Under the pieces are notes generated by a model that saw nothing but the letters and a program-made list of their open reading frames with translations, was not told where the DNA came from and did not search any database. This document shows, piece by piece, positions 23,367 through 24,000 of a stretch of DNA of 24,000 nucleotides; within the stretch, counting starts at the first letter, position 1, and each line of letters starts with the position of its first letter. Made by a program: the position numbers and the translations under genes. The stretch comes from Miltoncostaeaceae bacterium (lineage in GTDB: Bacteria; Actinomycetota; Thermoleophilia; Miltoncostaeales; Miltoncostaeaceae). The stretch spans positions 28,201-52,200 of the forward strand of contig CAWIGI010000009.1 in assembly GCA_963835685.1 (NCBI GenBank), in the 5' to 3' direction.

Positions 23367-23813
23367 ATGGCCATGGCCGACCGCCGCGCCGAGGCGACCT
23401 GGGCGGGGAACCTCACCGAGGGGGGCGGCACCCTCGATCTGGTCTCCAGCGGGGTGGCGTCATCGCTGCCCATCACGTGGGCCTCGCGCACCGAGCAGCC
23501 CGACGGGCGCACCAGCCCCGAGGAGCTGCTCGCCGCCGCGCACGCCTCCTGCTACGCGATGGCCTTTTCCCACGCGCTCGCCACTGCCGGGAACCCCCCG
23601 GAGCGCCTGCACGTGACAGCCGTCCTCTCCCTCAACCCGAAGGAGGGCGGCGGCGTCGAGGTGACGGACTCGGCCCTCACGGTGACCGGCACGGTCCCGG
23701 GCCTCGACCAGGCGGGCTTCCAGGAGGCCGCCGAGGCGGGCGAGCAGGGGTGCCCCATCTCGAACGCGATTCGGAACAACGTCGCCATCACGGTGAAGGC
23801 CACCCTGGACTAG
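23367..23813 (+). CDS. osmC: OsmC family peroxiredoxin.
   Basis: ATG 23367 follows GAAGGGGGA. Both conserved Cys blocks are present: SPEELLAAAHASCYAMA and EQGCPISNA. Confidence 0.85.
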   Translation: MAMADRRAEATWAGNLTEGGGTLDLVSSGVASSLPITWASRTEQPDGRTSPEELLAAAHASCYAMAFSHALATAGNPPERLHVTAVLSLNPKEGGGVEVTDSALTVTGTVPGLDQAGFQEAAEAGEQGCPISNAIRNNVAITVKATLD

Positions 23814-23834
23814 CGTCCCGGGCAGGCCCCGGCC

Positions 23835-24000
23835 TCAGCCTCCGGCGGCCTTCCGCGCCACGCCGGCCTCGAAACGGGCCCGGTCGACGACGAAGCGCAC
23901 GTGCCGGCCGGCGCAGATGCGCTCGCGCCCGTCGTCGGCCTCGGCCGAGAAGGTCAGCAGGCGGCCGTCCACCTCCTCCAGGCGCACGCGCACCGTCACC
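23835..24000 (-). CDS. 3' end of a hotdog-fold thioesterase-like protein. The gene continues beyond the right edge of the window.
   Basis: Minus-strand translation from 23999: VTVRVRLEEVDGRLLTFSAEADDGRERICAGRHVRFVVDRARFEAGVARKAAGG, then a stop whose complement is TCA at 23835-23837. The pattern V..v..VdGr.l.F...a.D....i..G.H.R.vV is typical of the C-terminus of thioesterase-superfamily proteins. Confidence 0.55.
   Translation of the reverse strand, partial: VTVRVRLEEVDGRLLTFSAEADDGRERICAGRHVRFVVDRARFEAGVARKAAGG

Noticed and set aside
1-24000. Search for CRISPR arrays, tRNA/rRNA genes, IS elements or transposases, integrases and phage genes.
   Set aside because: No regularly spaced direct repeats, no T-loop/acceptor-like tRNA signatures in the few intergenic regions, and no transposase or integrase motifs in any frame that I could recognise. 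The window looks like core chromosome, not a mobile island.

Overview
Very GC-rich, gene-dense chromosomal DNA that looks Actinomycetota-like. Off-frame and antisense ORFs stay open for hundreds of codons, so many long ORFs in the track are artefacts. All calls rest on motif recognition in the translations and on reading the DNA by eye; no database search was possible.

Gene content from left to right:
- a 5'-truncated multidomain partner-switching protein (GAF repeats, PP2C, RsbW-like kinase, STAS);
- a small Rho_N-type basic protein;
- an FMN-reductase/flavodoxin-like protein;
- a 22-codon ultra-hydrophobic micro-ORF;
- a membrane-anchored hypothetical protein followed by a DUF421/YetF protein;
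- a bacterial type IB topoisomerase behind a coiled-coil hypothetical protein;
- a secreted CHRD protein;
- a divergent copper-amine-oxidase-like protein;
- two tandem APC-permease::USP fusions separated by a coupled 59-aa membrane ORF, then two TrkA-type genes;
- a tightly coupled biotin operon, bioB-bioA-bioF-bioD-(ferritin-like diiron gene)-birA;
- a glutaryl-CoA-dehydrogenase-like ACAD, a Zn-dependent dehydrogenase, OsmC, and the 3' end of a hotdog thioesterase.

Most interesting observations:
1. A diiron ferritin-like gene of unknown function is embedded by overlapping start/stop codons inside the biotin operon. No pimeloyl-thioester gene (bioC/H/W/I/Z) is visible in this window.
2. A perfect 10-N16-10 palindrome brackets a TAGGGT -10 box and the apparently leaderless bioB start codon. 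I read it as a candidate non-canonical BirA operator.
3. Five single-nucleotide frameshifts sit in four consecutive genes (bioF, birA, ACAD twice, ADH) within about 4.8 kb. All are masked because the alternative frames contain no stop codons.
4. An APC-USP/TrkA cluster lacks any TrkH/KtrB-type pore gene in the window.
5. A copper-amine-oxidase-like protein carries WYRY where the TPQ motif NY(D/E)Y normally sits.

No rRNA, tRNA, CRISPR array or transposase was recognised.
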